DNA from: Eledone cirrhosa
Taxonomy: Eukaryota
DNA: 64,000 bases
Assembly: GCA_964016885.1 (NCBI GenBank)
Contig: OZ024762.1
Location: 14,570,001-14,634,000, forward strand
Direction: 5' to 3'
This document shows positions 13,594-26,495 of the stretch, in pieces (the first letter of the stretch is position 1; each line of letters starts with the position of its first letter). A program made the position numbers and the translations under genes. Under the pieces are notes generated by a model that did not search any database, was not told where the DNA came from, and saw only the letters and a list, made by a program, of their open reading frames with translations.

Positions 13594-13957
13594 TACAGCT
13601 CATTTTTGCCAGCTGAGTGACTGGAACAACGTTCTGAGTTCGAATGTGACATAGAGTTACGGCCCTTTACGTTCTTGAGTTCGAATATGACACAGAGCTT
13701 TGTGGTGACATAGAGTTACATCCCTTTACGTTCTGAGTTAAAATATGACAAGATTTGTGGCATAGAATTACGGCCCTTTACGTTCTGAGTTAAAATACAA
13801 CACAGGGCTTTGCGGCATAGAGTTACGGTCCCTTACGTTAGCTTAACTTTGCCTTTCATCCTTACGGAGTCGATGAAATAAAGTACCAGTAACGCATTGG
13901 GGTACGATTTAATTGAATTTCCCTTCCTCCAAAAAATTGTTGACCTTGTGTCTAAAT

Positions 13958-14122
13958 CAAGGTCTCCCAAACTTTTTTAAAACCCCTTTTGGTTCAGAAA
14001 CTTTTAAGGGAACTCCAAAATCTAATACTTCTATATGGTCGTAATATAAATAAATAAATTCCCCTACTTTTTTTCACGGAACCCTAAACACTCCTTTGCG
14101 GAACCCACTTTGGGAATCACTG
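13958..14122. mobile_element. hAT-family MITE with 8-bp TSD
   Basis: TIRs caaggtctcccaaa / tttgggaatcactg. Exact TSD gtctaaat at 13950-13957 and 14123-14130. Confidence 0.85.
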
Positions 14123-14188
14123 GTCTAAATCATAAACCCCTGTTTTTCAGGGATTTTTTAACCTTCGGATTCCGGAGGGGAGATATTT

Positions 14189-14456
14189 AAGCGGGTGGTA
14201 GAGGGGGTTATATTTGACCCTGGCTGCACCCTCAGAAAGTCTGATCTAAGCGGGTGGAAGAGGGGGTTATATTTGACCCCTGAAGGCCCTGGCTGCACCC
14301 TCAGAAAGTCTGATCTAAGCGGGTGGTAGAGGGGGTTATATTTGACCCCTGAAGGCCCTGGCTGCACCCTCGTAAAGTCTGATCTAAGCGGGTGGAAGAG
14401 GGGTGTTATATTTGACCCCTGAAGGCCCTGGCTGCACCCTCAGAAAGTCTGATCTG
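14189..14456. repeat. 69-bp minisatellite, 4 copies
   Basis: aagcgggtgg(t/a)agagggggttatatttgacccctgaaggccctggctgcaccctcagaaagtctgatct. Confidence 0.9.
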
Positions 14457-14519
14457 GGGACTCTAGTTTCAAATCATCCATAAACAGCAGATAATTAAAA
14501 GTTAGGTTAGCAAGTATCT

Positions 14520-14860
14520 TTCCCCCAACTTATACCACATTCTCACCAGTAACACCATCTTCCACAGTACTAACACCCTTCTTTAGTACTAACCATCAGA
14601 TTAGTACTAACCATATTCCCCAGCACTAACCATCAGATTAGTACTAGCCACTCTCCCCAGTACTAACCATCATATTAGTAATAACCACAGTCCCCAGTAC
14701 CAATCCTCAGCACTAACCATCAGATAAGTACTAACGATATTCCCCAGTACTAACCACCTTCCCCCAGTACCAACCACCTTCTCCAGTACTAACCACCTTC
14801 CCTTCCCCAGTACTAACCACCTTCTCCAGTACTAACCACCTTCCCCCAGTACTAACCATC
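14520..14860. repeat. Degenerate ~21-bp minisatellite (ccccagtactaaccacctt)
   Basis: Recurrent agtactaacca motif. Confidence 0.8.
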
Positions 14861-14995
14861 AAAGACAAAGAACAATGGAGCATTTTTTGAGTTTATGTTT
14901 TATTTTTTCTATTTTTCTTCCTGCAAAATTAAAGAACAAAAGCAAGAGAAACAATAATACTAACAGAATATAGTAGACAGAGAATAATATTACTA

Positions 14996-15150
14996 CAGTG
15001 AAATTCCGTTATAACGAAATTCACGGGGTATTAAAAAATTCGCCGCAACGAAAAATTCTTTATATCGAGATCGACCGAAACAAATCGAGCGTTTGTTTGT
15101 TTGTTATATCGGCAATTGAAAAAAAATTCGTTATAACGGAATTTTACCTG
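14996..15150. mobile_element. pogo/Tigger-like MITE; second copy at 58594-58756
   Basis: TA|cagtgaaattccgttataacgaa ... ttcgttataacggaattttacctg|TA. Confidence 0.8.
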
Positions 15151-15315
15151 TAACAGAATATAGTTAACACCATCTTCTTTCAGTTTCAGTTTTCCTATTT
15201 GGTTCTAAATCCTTTACTGTCATATTAATGTATTGTATGTATGTACGGGCATGTAACTCCTGACAGAGTCGTAGGGGTGTCGTGTTGAAATACGGCGTTT
15301 CTTGGACATGTTAAA

Positions 15316-15439
15316 CCTGGTGGGGCCCATCCGTCTCCAGGCCTGACCTGGTGGGGCCCATCCGTCTCCAGGCCTGACCTGGTGGGGCCCATCCCTCTCC
15401 AGGCCTGACCTAGTGGGGCCCACCCCTCTCCAGGCCTGA
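15316..15439. repeat. 31-bp minisatellite, 4 copies
   Basis: acctggtggggcccatccgtctccaggcctg. Confidence 0.9.
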
Positions 15440-16099
15440 GTAGAGCAGATTTCTTCCAGAGAAAGATAGAAAGTGAGAAAGAAATGGTAAAGAGATATAG
15501 AGAAAGAATCGACCCCAGTACTAGACTGGTACTTTTTGAACCTGGTGGAGCTCATCCCTCTTCAGGTTTTAACAGCCAATTTCCTTGAGAGAGAGAGCTG
15601 GTGAGAGAGAGAGAGGACGAGCGTGAAAGAGAGGAAATGAGAAAGAGATATAGAGGAAGAATCAACCCCAGTATTAGACTGGTACTTTTTTTTTATCGCC
15701 TTCGAAAGGATGAAAAGCAAAGTTGACCTCGGTGGGATTTGAACTCAGAGTAGAGAGCCGGAACGAACACCATAAAGTATTCTATCTGACGTTCTAACGA
15801 CTCTGCCGATTCACCGAGTCTTATAAATGATGATAGATCAATAAAGTGAGAGATCAAAGATTGGTGATTGATCAATCATTGATTGGATTAATAAATAATT
15901 TAGAAATCAATAAAATGAATTAGATAGATGGTTAAGATGGGAAGTTTGATAATGAATCGTTTAATGAAAGATTTTTTTTTATTTTATCACATCTTTTCTA
16001 TTCGTGATTATTAAACAAAAAAAAATCATTCAACGTTCAGGGTGATCGAAGTGTGCTGAGTGATTGTGATTGAGTGGAATTACCTGATCAGATTATTAA

Positions 16100-16790
16100 T
16101 AGATTAATAGAATAGCACACACATGATTTGATAAATGGATCGATAAATGGTATTGAATAATAAATACAATAAATACGATACAATAAGACACATATGATTG
16201 ATAAACGGATCGATAAATGGTATTGAATAATAAATACAATAAATACGATATAATAGCACATATTGATAAACTGATAGATGGATCGATAAATGGTATTGAA
16301 TAAATACAATAAATACGATACAATAACATGAGTGGTTTGATAAATCGATTAATGTTATTAGATAACACGAATGGTTAGACTGACGGTTGGATAAACGGAT
16401 AGATGGATCGATAAACAGATTGATGGATCGATAAATGTTATTGGATAAACAAAATAGAATAAGGATGGTTAGATGAATCGATAAACAGACTGATGGATCG
16501 ATATAAATGTTATTGGATAAATAAAATAAAATAACACGAATGGTTAGGTTGATGGTACGGGTAGATGGATCGATAAATGTTATTAGGTAATTAAAATGAC
16601 ACGGGTGGTTAGATTGATGATAGGGTAAACGGGTAGATGGATCGATAAAACATTGATAAATTGATGTTGATGATTGTTTTGATAAACGAATCGATAGATC
16701 GATAATTTTATTGGATAAAATAAAATAAAATGACAAGGATGGTTTGATAAATGAATTGATGGATCATTAGATCGATAATTGCTATTTGAT
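16100..16790. repeat. Degenerate minisatellite built on gatggatcgataaa
   Basis: Repeated ggatcgataaatg(g/t)tatt blocks. Confidence 0.75.
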
Positions 16791-16809
16791 AAACAATGAA
16801 ATGAAATAA

Positions 16810-17026
16810 TAGTTTCTTATATAGGCACAAGGCCAGCAATTTTGGGGGAGGGGAAAGTTGATTAACTCGACCCCAGTGCGTGACTGGTACTTTATTTTAT
16901 CGACCCCGTAAGGATGAAAGGCAAAGTTAACCTCGGCGGGATTTGAACTCAGATCATAAAGGGCCGTAACTCTATGCCGCTAAGCATGGTGTCCGACGCT
17001 CTACCGATTCTGCCAATCTACCACCC
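16810..17026 (-). mobile_element. tRNA-related SINE, family B (representative; about 17 copies in the window)
   Basis: Head TGGCAG(A/T)ATCGG ... GAGTTCAAATCC; body gcctttcatccttacggggtcgataaaataaagtaccag; tail gctggccttgtgcc. Other copies near 12.6, 13.8, 15.7, 20.2, 22.5, 22.7, 29.0, 30.0, 30.3, 31.6, 40.6, 45.7, 55.9, 58.9, 60.5 and 60.7 kb. Confidence 0.85.
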
Positions 17027-17274
17027 AGTGAAATAATAAAATAACATAGGGTTGGTTCCATGGCTGAACGGATGGATGTAAGACAATTATTAAAACTGCA
17101 AAAAATAAAATAGTTTATTGTTGATGTTGGTGTTGTTGTTGTTGTTGTTGTAGTCAGTACTAGATGACGACAGTAGTGATGATGTTGTTGTTGTTGTTGT
17201 TGTTGTTGTTGTAGTAGTTGGTACGTATGGGACTAGGTGACGACAATGCTTGCTGTTGCTGAGCATTCCACAGG

Positions 17275-17337
17275 GTGGATGAGTATGATCTAGTCATGAC
17301 TAACTATCATCCACATGGACCAGAAACATATTCAACC
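17275..17337 (-). ncRNA. mir-279: miR-279 family microRNA precursor; mature 3p UGACUAGAUCAUACUCAUCCA(C) at 17296-17275
   Basis: Seed GACUAGA. 5p arm GGUUGAAUAUGUUUCUGGUCCAUG pairs with CAUGACUAGAUCAUACUCAUCC. 15-nt loop. Basal stem UUCCUUAGCGUGG/CCACCCUGUGGAA. Apical UGUG, basal UG at about -15/-14, and CNNC (CAAC) about 17 nt downstream. Confidence 0.88.
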
Positions 17338-17762
17338 ACGCTAAGGAAAACATGGCGGTGGCTGTGGGCGGACAGGCGCAGGGGGAGGGGGGTTACAACA
17401 ATAAACCCCCCTCTCATTCTCACACACACAAACAAACACAAAAGTTTTTGAAATATTTTTTTTTTATAATTTTCTGATTTGATTTGTTATATTTTTTTTT
17501 ATTCAGTTTCCTTCGATGGTCTATTTTTTTTTTTTCTTTTTAAAGAATTATTTTTTTTATGAATACAAAGATGAAAAAAATTTATTTATTAAATAAAATA
17601 AAATAAAATAAAATAAAATTAAATTCTAAAATAAATAAATTTAATTAATAAGAAAAATAGATATAAATAAACGCCCACGAAATAACGCCACACACCTCAC
17701 ACCTGTGTGTAATTAGCCGTTTTTTTCCCCTTCTAAAATAAATTAATATATATATAAATATG

Positions 17763-17804
<42 letters not shown>

Positions 17805-18102
17805 CTAAAAAAAAATTACAAATATATACGTTTACAATTTGCAAGAAAAACAAACATTAACGTGTGATTTCTTTGTAAAAACTCACAAGAAAAATAGGAT
17901 TTAGTAATGTTCAGGTCATTCTGAAAAACTTTAACCTTTTTTAAACCTTCTTTGTAAAAATGCTTAAAAGAGAGGGAGAGGACTCTCTCTCTATATATAT
18001 ATAGAGAGATAAGGGCCCGACACGTCAGACTTACTTACCCCATTTCCATATAAAGCGTGAAACTAATAGGACCTTTTGTAGCTGTTTTGTCATTTCCTTG
18101 AG

Positions 18103-18164
<62 letters not shown>

Positions 18165-18219
18165 GATGACCCCGTGAGAAGCAGGTGAAAAACCAGAGTA
18201 ACAAGACTCACTATTTAGC

Positions 18220-18268
<49 letters not shown>

Positions 18269-18379
18269 TAGATACACACACACCAATCAGGGTTATAGAA
18301 GATACAAATTACAAAAACCTCATCATATGAAATTCTTCCCCATTTCATCAACCACGAAAACCACAACTACTACTACTAT

Positions 18380-18411
<32 letters not shown>

Positions 18412-18442
18412 ATAATAATAATAATAATAATAATGATGATTT

Positions 18443-18875
18443 CATTTATTGGCCACAAGGGCCGACATGTAGGGGACAATACAAAGACAGGGACAGTGGG
18501 GGGTTTACAATAAGGTCGAGTAAAAGTGCACAATGACAAGACTTATTTAACACTGAAGATATACAAATATATAAAATAAACTATGCATAAATATAACAAA
18601 ATAAATTCCCCAATAGGGGGGGGGGGACAGGTACCCCACCAATCCTGAACCACCCTGCACTTCTAGGGCAACCAGGGAGAGCACCCCTCTCCTCACCAAA
18701 TTAGCTAGCCTATAGGCGCATGGTCAGAGTAGGCCCATTCTCGCCACATTCATCCACCTTTTAGCAAATGTACTGGAGAGCAGGCAGCACTTCTCTCTCC
18801 ACCCTTACCTTCCTTTCCAGGTGAAACTTGAAGAAGTTGATGAGGGATTGGCCGAAGAGAAAAGTGTCTGTCTTA
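18443..18875 (-). mobile_element. 3' end of an L1/Tx1-like LINE
   Basis: Minus-strand translation ..GQSLINFFKFHLERKVRVERE.., then a 3' UTR ending in AATAAA and an (ATT)n/(AGT)n tail. Confidence 0.5.
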
Positions 18876-18903
18876 CTACTTTGGCTGTTGTTACTACTAC
18901 CAC

Positions 18904-19086
18904 CAGTGTGGGATTTAGGACAAATGAGACCCTGTGCTAGTTAAGTTATGAAGCGCATTACTTGGTTCCTGAAGGAGATAATTCATCGTAAAAAAAAATG
19001 TGGGAGGGGGAGGAAGATACCCCCCTCCCTGGCTAAGGGGGCCCTGTGCATAAAGACACCTAAGCACAATGGTAAATTCGACACTG
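18904..19086. mobile_element. hAT-type MITE with 8-bp TSD
   Basis: TIRs cagtgtgggattta / taaattcgacactg. TSD actaccac on both sides. Related copies at ~9375-9425 and ~29505-29670. Confidence 0.8.
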
Positions 19087-20439
19087 ACTACCACAGTTAC
19101 TACTACTGCTACCATTCACTGAATAGGACAGAGGCTGAGAGAATCAAGAAAAAGCTGAAGGCAGTGGGGTGTGAGAAAAACAGAAGGGAGAAAAGAAAAG
19201 AAAGAAAATTAGACAAATGGGTGAGGTGTGGGGACGTAGGGGGAGTTGGGGACTGGGCTTGAATAGACGACGATTGAAATCGTTTTGCAGGAGGACCTGA
19301 AATCACCTGAGTGTTTCACCTGAACTGATGAAATAGATATGATTAAACACACCGGAAATAGTTTGGGGGAGGGGGGTCAGGAAAGGAAAAGGGGTATCCT
19401 CATTCACTCCATCTTTACACCCTTGACTATCTTCCCATCATCATATCTCACTCATGCTGTGGGACCTCCGTCGGTTTTCGACGACGAGTGCCCCAGTTGT
19501 TTGAACAAAGGAACCAGCCTGTTCCTGAAATTTTAAAATAAATTTTTACAAAGTTTTTTTTTTTTTAAACGGTCGAGTATCCCGTAGTAACACGTGACCC
19601 ACCCATATTGTAGCCCCCACAACAGTCAAGAGTCACTTGGGGGTAACCTTACTCATATTACACACACACCACTTCCACTACTACCAAAACTACCACTATT
19701 AGCACTACCACACCAGTTCTAACAACAACTATGTCACCCCTGACCGCAACAAGCACCACCCGACCACCCCAGTTATAAATAACAACAACAACAACTATCA
19801 CCACACAAGCACCTTAGGCATAACAACAACCACCCGACTATCTCAGTTATTTATACTCACAACAACCACCACAGTTATAACTAATACACAATAACCCGAG
19901 TTATAACTACAACACAACCACCCGACCACCACGTACATCAATTATGATCATAACTACCACCTGACCATCGCCGTTTAATAACCACAACCAGCAGCTGACC
20001 ACCCTAGTTGTAACCACGACAACCGTCTCTATCATAATCCTGAAATCTACCCAACCATCCCAAATACCACAATTTAAATACATACCCCTCTTATGTACTT
20101 TATCAAATTCTAATCATAATTAATTGTTTCTACTTTAGGCACAAGGTCAGCGGCCAGAATTACCCAGTGCATTACTGGTACTTTATTTTATCGACCCCAT
20201 AAGGATGAAAGGCAAAGTCAACCTCGGCGGGATTTGAACTCAGTTCGTAAAGGGACGTAACTATGCTGGAAAGCATGGCGTCCGACCCTCCACCGATACT
20301 GCCAAATCATAATTAATGAAAGAAAAGTTCTTGAAGGAGTTTACTAGGTTGATAAAGTTTAAGCAAATCTATTTCCCATGCCAGATTTCATCCAGCCGTA
20401 GAAACCAAGTGCGCTGTCAACACTAAATCGATCGTATTA

Positions 20440-20620
20440 GTGCCACGACAAAAAGCACCCAGTCCACACTGTAAAGTGGTCATGTAGGTGTCACGACAAA
20501 AAGCACCCAGTCCACACTGTAAAGTGGTCATGTAGGTGTCACGACAAAAAGCACCCAGTCCACACTGTAAAGTGGTCATGTAGGTGTCACGACAAAAAAC
20601 ACACAGTCAACACCGTAAAG
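20440..20620. repeat. 48-bp tandem repeat derived from the SINE/RTE 3' tail
   Basis: cacgacaaaaagcacccagtccacactgtaaagtggtcatgtaggtgt, about 4 copies. Confidence 0.85.
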
Positions 20621-21364
20621 TGTTTGGCGTTAGGGAGAGCATCCAGCCAGAAATAATTATGTATGATGAGTAAGACACGGTCATCTGACCTGGCTTGTCT
20701 CACAACAAGACAATTCATCTCACCCATACTAGTGTGGGAAAATGGACGTTGAACGGTGATGATGATGATGAAGATGATGGTGCTACCATAAATGAAACGT
20801 AAGGGCCAATTCGCCTTGTGGCCCCTAAGGACAAAATGAAGACATTGGAATTACAGGTATAAATTATTATCTTGCCAGCTGAGTTGACCGGAACAAGTGG
20901 AATAAAATATCTTGCTCGAGGATACAACGCACTACCTGGGAATTGAACCCACGGCCCTATAATCGCGAGCCAAACCCCTTAACCACTAAACTACGTGCCC
21001 TTGAGGAGATAAGAAAGATAAGAGAGACAAACCTTCTGTTTTGTTTACCTCCACCAACATACAACCACGCACACACACACAGTGGAATTCCTTCAATGCA
21101 TAGCTAAGTGTTGTTGTTATTGTCGTCGTGAAGAAGAGGGGGGACGGGGGCCTGATTAGAAGTATGTTATCTGGTTCTGATTGACAACGAATACATATAC
21201 ATACATATATACATGGGGGGGGGGGGATAAGTATACACATGCATATATATATATAAAGAGAGATGTCACCTCTTATCAATAACCACCATAAATCATCACC
21301 ATGACAACAATGCCCGTTACTACGATATGTATATATCTGTATGCGTGCCTATGTATTTATAATG

Positions 21365-21445
<81 letters not shown>

Positions 21446-21489
21446 CACACCTGAAGAGAAATGAAACGATAAACAGAAGAGGAAAAGAA

Positions 21490-22025
21490 AGTCTCCAGGT
21501 AAAAATAAGAAGTGTTCAGGTAAGACAGGAAGTGACTAGATAAGGCAGGAAGTGACCAGGTAAGAAAGGAAGTGACCAAGTAAAACAGGAAGTGTTCAGG
21601 TAAGAAAGTGACCAGGTAAAACAGAAAATGACCAGGTGAGAAAGAAAGGAAGTTACCAGGTGAGAAAGGAAGTGTTCTGGTAAGAAAGGAAATGACCAGG
21701 TAAAACAGAAAATGACCAGGTGAGAAAGAAAGGAAGTTACCAGGTGAGAAAGGAAGTGTTCTGGTAAGAAAGGAAATGACCAGGTAAAACAGAAAATGAC
21801 CAGGTGAGAAAGAAAGGAAGTGTTCTGGTAAGACAATGAGTGGCCAGGTGAGAAAGGAAGGGAGTGTTCTGGTAAGAAAGGAAATGACCAGGTAAAACAG
21901 AAATGACCAGGTGAGAAAGAAAGGAAGTTGCCAGGTGAGAAAGGAAGTGTTCTGGTAAGACAATGAGTGGCCAGGTGAGAAAGGAAGGGAGTGTTCTGGT
22001 AAGAAAGGAAATGACCAGGTAAACA
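21490..22025. repeat. Purine-rich minisatellite of CAGGTG/CAGGTA and GGAAGT modules
   Basis: Units such as gaccaggtaaaacagaaaatgaccaggtgagaaagaaaggaagt. Confidence 0.85.
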
Positions 22026-23142
22026 AAAGAAATGAAATAAGGACATGTATGAATCATATCCAGGTGGAAAAGTAATAAAACAAGAATCAATTCCGATTGG
22101 AATGTGACCAGGTGAGGTCAGGTGTGCAGGTGAGTCACAGGACTGAAAAGGGTAGGATGGAAAGAGTCAGTGATTTGTAATTTAGGCACACAAGACAAGA
22201 CAATACTAGCAAATTGTGGTATAGAAGACAAGAATATGGTCCTCCAGTACATTACTGGTACTCTAGTTTATCAACACCGGAGGGGGGAAAGGAAAAGATG
22301 GAACCAGAGAAGACATTGAGGGCCACAACGAAGCCTTCCACCCGACGTTCTAACGACCCTCCTAATCCAGCTCACTTAAGAAAGAAATAAAACTCCTGAT
22401 TTAGTCACATGACCAGCAATTTGGAGAAGGGGTGGGGGAAGTTGACTGTTCGATCTCCTACCCAGTATTTGATTGGTACTTTATTTTATCGACCTCGAAA
22501 TGAAGAAGGGCTAAGTTAACCCCGTCAGGATTTGAACTCAGAACGTAGGAAGCCTTAACTAAAATAAATTAATATCGCAAAGCATTTTGTCCGACGCTCT
22601 ACCAACTCACCACCCCTTAGAAAGGAAATAATGGTTTCTGATTTAGGCACAAGGCCAACAATTTTCGGGGAGGATAAAGTTAATTAAATCGACCCCTAGT
22701 AATGTTACTGGTACTTTATTTTATGGACCCTGTAAGGATGAAAGGCAAAGCTAACCACGACGGGATTTGAACTCAGAAGGTAAATGGACGTAACTATATA
22801 CCATAAAGCATGTTGCCCGATGCTCTACCAATTCTGCCAACCCCCAGGAAGGAAATAACAATAAAAATGGTCTACATAGATATTCATTGTGTGTGTGAGT
22901 GAGTGACTCAAGATATTTGAGTGAGAGTAAGGGGTGGAGGGAGGGTGAGAGTGAGTGGTGGAGTGAGGGTGAGAGTGAGTGGTGGAGTGAGGGTGAGGGT
23001 GAGAGTGAGGGGTGGAGGGAGGGTGAGTGGTCGAGTGAGAGAATGTTTAACATGTTGACAATTCAAGGTGTGGTTAGGTTCTGTATAATCTAGATCATTT
23101 TTGTAAACCAAATTTTTAAAAAAGCTATATACGACGGTGAGC

Positions 23143-23233
<91 letters not shown>

Positions 23234-23340
23234 CACATGTGTGTGTGTGTGTGTATTGGTCTAACCCACGCTACTGTGGGAAAATGGACGTTAAATGGTG
23301 ATGATGTATATATACACTCACATACATATAACAAGCGTGG

Positions 23341-23377
<37 letters not shown>

Positions 23378-23471
23378 CGTTATTCCGGGTTGAATCGGAG
23401 GTAACCACAGTAAGTAAGGTACTCAATACATTGCAGAGTATAAAAGTTTTAATATAGATGAGATTCTACAG

Positions 23472-23510
23472 GACTAGAACTGTTTCATTCTTTAGAAATC
23501 ATCAGTAATC
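23472..23510 (-). ncRNA. Minimal hammerhead ribozyme in a Penelope-like terminus (element ~23380-23515)
   Basis: Minus strand: GATTA-CTGATGA-T TTC taaa GAA T-GAAA-CAGT-TC-TAGTC. Confidence 0.7.
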
Positions 23511-23595
23511 TGGGTATCAAAAAATATATATCAAAAAATATATATATATTCGTCTAACCCATGCCAGTGTGGGGGAAATGAACGTTAAACGGCGA

Positions 23596-23663
<68 letters not shown>

Positions 23664-23845
23664 GCGCTTGATATATGTATGTATATAAAGTTTATTTATG
23701 AGGTGGTAGAAAAATTAAATCACAAAAACTTATAAAATAATCACGCTAGCACTAGTCGTTGTTTTGAGGGACAAATAGCTGTTATTTCTAACGCCGTGCG
23801 CGACCCGCATGTACTGCGCAACCCATATATGCTGTTAAGGCTATA

Positions 23846-23905
<60 letters not shown>

Positions 23906-24062
23906 GTCTAACCCATGCCAGTGTGGGGGAAATGAACGTATAAAGAATTTTTTAGCGTGGTTATATATATATATATATATGCAAAGTTTTATTTAAATTG
24001 TTGGGTTAACAACGAGTAAATATTTATAACTGATATAAAAGCACTCAACAAGTATTTGGAGT

Positions 24063-24423
24063 ATATATACGATATTAAATAAATGGAAACTATATTTATA
24101 AAACCATATTTATTTCATTATATATATTTCAGGGATATCATATTAAAAATATGTTATGCCTTCTTCAGACAAAATACAATATAAACAGTCTTATAAATAA
24201 ATAGATTCGACATACCTTTCAACTTCGACTTCTATTTGAAAACTTTTCAAATAGAAGTCGAAGTTGAAAGGTATGTCGAATCTATCTATTTATAAGACTG
24301 TTTATATTGTATTTTGTCTGAAGAAGGCATAACATATTTTTAATATGATATCCCTGAAATATATATAATGAAATAAATATGGTTTTATAAATATAGTTTC
24401 CATTTATTTAATATCGTATATAT
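24063..24423. mobile_element. 360-bp fold-back element with a hammerhead in both arms
   Basis: Near-perfect arms with axis at 24243 (tttgaaaa c ttttcaaa). Left side extends ~90 bp further. (TA)n on both sides. Confidence 0.85.
24310..24375 (+). ncRNA. Minimal type I hammerhead ribozyme (mirror copy on minus strand ~24111-24176)
   Basis: TATTTTGT-CTGAAGA-AGGcATAaCATATT ttt AATATGaTATcCCT-GAAA-TATATA-TA-ATGAAATA. Confidence 0.8.
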
Positions 24424-24567
24424 ATATATATATATATAACCACGCTAAAAAATTCTAATTTAGTCCAGAAATAGCCGTCGAAACGGCTTGAGCTCTGCCG
24501 TCGGGGTTAAACTTTTTCCTATATATATATATATATTAACCTATAATATATATTATATATACATTAA

Positions 24568-24662
<95 letters not shown>

Positions 24663-24751
24663 TAATCTATTATATATACATTAATCTATTATATATATAT
24701 TATATATACATTAATCTATTATATATATATTATATATACATTAATCTATTA

Positions 24752-24812
<61 letters not shown>

Positions 24813-25089
24813 GTTAAGTTTAGCTGTGAAGTGGGATATAAAAAAGATTACGAAACTAAATGCCAAATGTTGTCGTATGAAGCGAAGCTGGGGGTCGTCT
24901 GAATTTAGCTGGGGGTGGGGGTTATGTCAGATACACTTGTGAGTTGCTGGGGACAGCTTCTTAGATAGAGATGGGTATAGAAGTAGCACTTGTGTGGGCT
25001 TAAGAGTACACGGTAATTGTTGAAAGTATAGATGACCTATATGTAGTCAGTAAGGGTGCGTATGAAAAGATATGAGAGTGTATGTGTCT

Positions 25090-25500
25090 CTGTGTATGTA
25101 AAGGTGTGTGGTTTAGTAGTTAAGGTGGTCGGCTCTCCAGATCGTTAGGGTGTGTATGTGTGTCTGCGCGTGTGTGTGTGTCTCTGTGTGTGAAGGTGTG
25201 TGGTTTAGTAGTTAAGGTGGTCGGCTCTCAAGATCGTTAGGGTGTGTATGTGTGTCTGCGCGTGTGTGTGTCTCTGTATGTAAAGGTGTGTGGTTTAGTA
25301 GTTAAGGTGGTCGGCTCTCCAGATCGTTAGGGTGTGTATGTGTGTCTCTGTGTGTGAAGGTGCGTGGTTTAGTAGTTAAGGTGGTCGGTTCGTGAATTCG
25401 ATTCCCAGCACTGTGTTGTGTTGTGTTCTTGAGCAAGACACTTTACCCTTTATTTCACGTTGACCCCAGTCCACTTAGTTGCCAAATGAATGAGTAATTG
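25090..25500 (+). repeat. SINE-A head repeated four times with (TG)-rich spacers, followed by the SINE body
   Basis: aaggtgtgtggtttagtagttaaggtggtcggctctc x4, then gaattcgattcc ... ttgagcaagacactt. Confidence 0.75.
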
Positions 25501-26463
25501 TACCAGTAATTTAAATGGGTTAGCCGTGTCTTACTTGGTATCATGCTGAACCCCCCCCCCCCCCCCCCCCATGTCACAAAACAGTGCTATGCTGAATCTC
25601 CCTGAGAACTATATTCAGTGTACACGTGCCTGTGGAATGAGGGTTAGTAACCCCTTTTTATATTATTATTAACTAAGATTGTTCATGCATGTAGTGGACC
25701 AAACTGTATGCTTGTGTGTGAGAATCTTTAAAAAAATCAAGGGAGATAACTCCATTAATATAAAGCAAATGAAATTGGCGCTATTATAGGTAGGGTTGGA
25801 AGGGGTTGAGAGCAGGGATGGGAGACAAGACAAAAATAAAGATGAAGAAAGTAGGGAAGGAAGGAAGACAGAAGGAAATGAAAAAAAAGCAGAGAGAAGA
25901 AAAGAGAGAGACACGGAAGAAGAAAAAGAGAAGGGGAATAAGAGCGAGAGAGGGTGGACAGAAGGGGAATACGAGAGAGAGAGTGGACAGAAGGGGAATA
26001 AGAGAGAGAGAAGGAAGAAGGGCAAGAAGACAGATACAAATAAATAAACAAAGAACAGGTGTGTGTGTAGAAATAAATGTAGTAACTAGATTGGTTAGGT
26101 GAGAGGTGTGGGGGAGTCTAGTTATGTACCCAGGTGTAGTAGTATATAGCTAAGAGATACAGAAGGGAGGTGAGGTTGGTAGAAATACCCGTCTGTAGTA
26201 GCTAGTAGCTTAGATATGTTATTTACCAGGTCAACTCTCATTCGGGTGTTCACTACAATACATTAAACCTTAACATCCTCCAATGATCTAGCTGAAAATA
26301 TCTTCTAAAAAATAACCTGGTTTCTTAATTCAAAAGATTTTAGGAAGGACCAGTGTAATATCTATATATATATATATAGATATATATATATATATATATA
26401 TATATAGATATATATATATATATATATATATATAGATATATATATATATATATATATATATAG

Positions 26464-26493
<30 letters not shown>

Positions 26494-26495
<2 letters not shown>

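Noticed and set aside
14280-14310. CTGAAGG...GAAAGTC in the 69-bp minisatellite
   Set aside because: No helix II or helix I can be formed.
17301-17363. Perfect Kozak GCCACCGCCATG on the minus strand
   Set aside because: Opens only a 17-codon ORF overlapping the miRNA hairpin; no coding evidence.
21349-22090. ORFs of 117-225 aa
   Set aside because: Products of the minisatellite, open in three frames.
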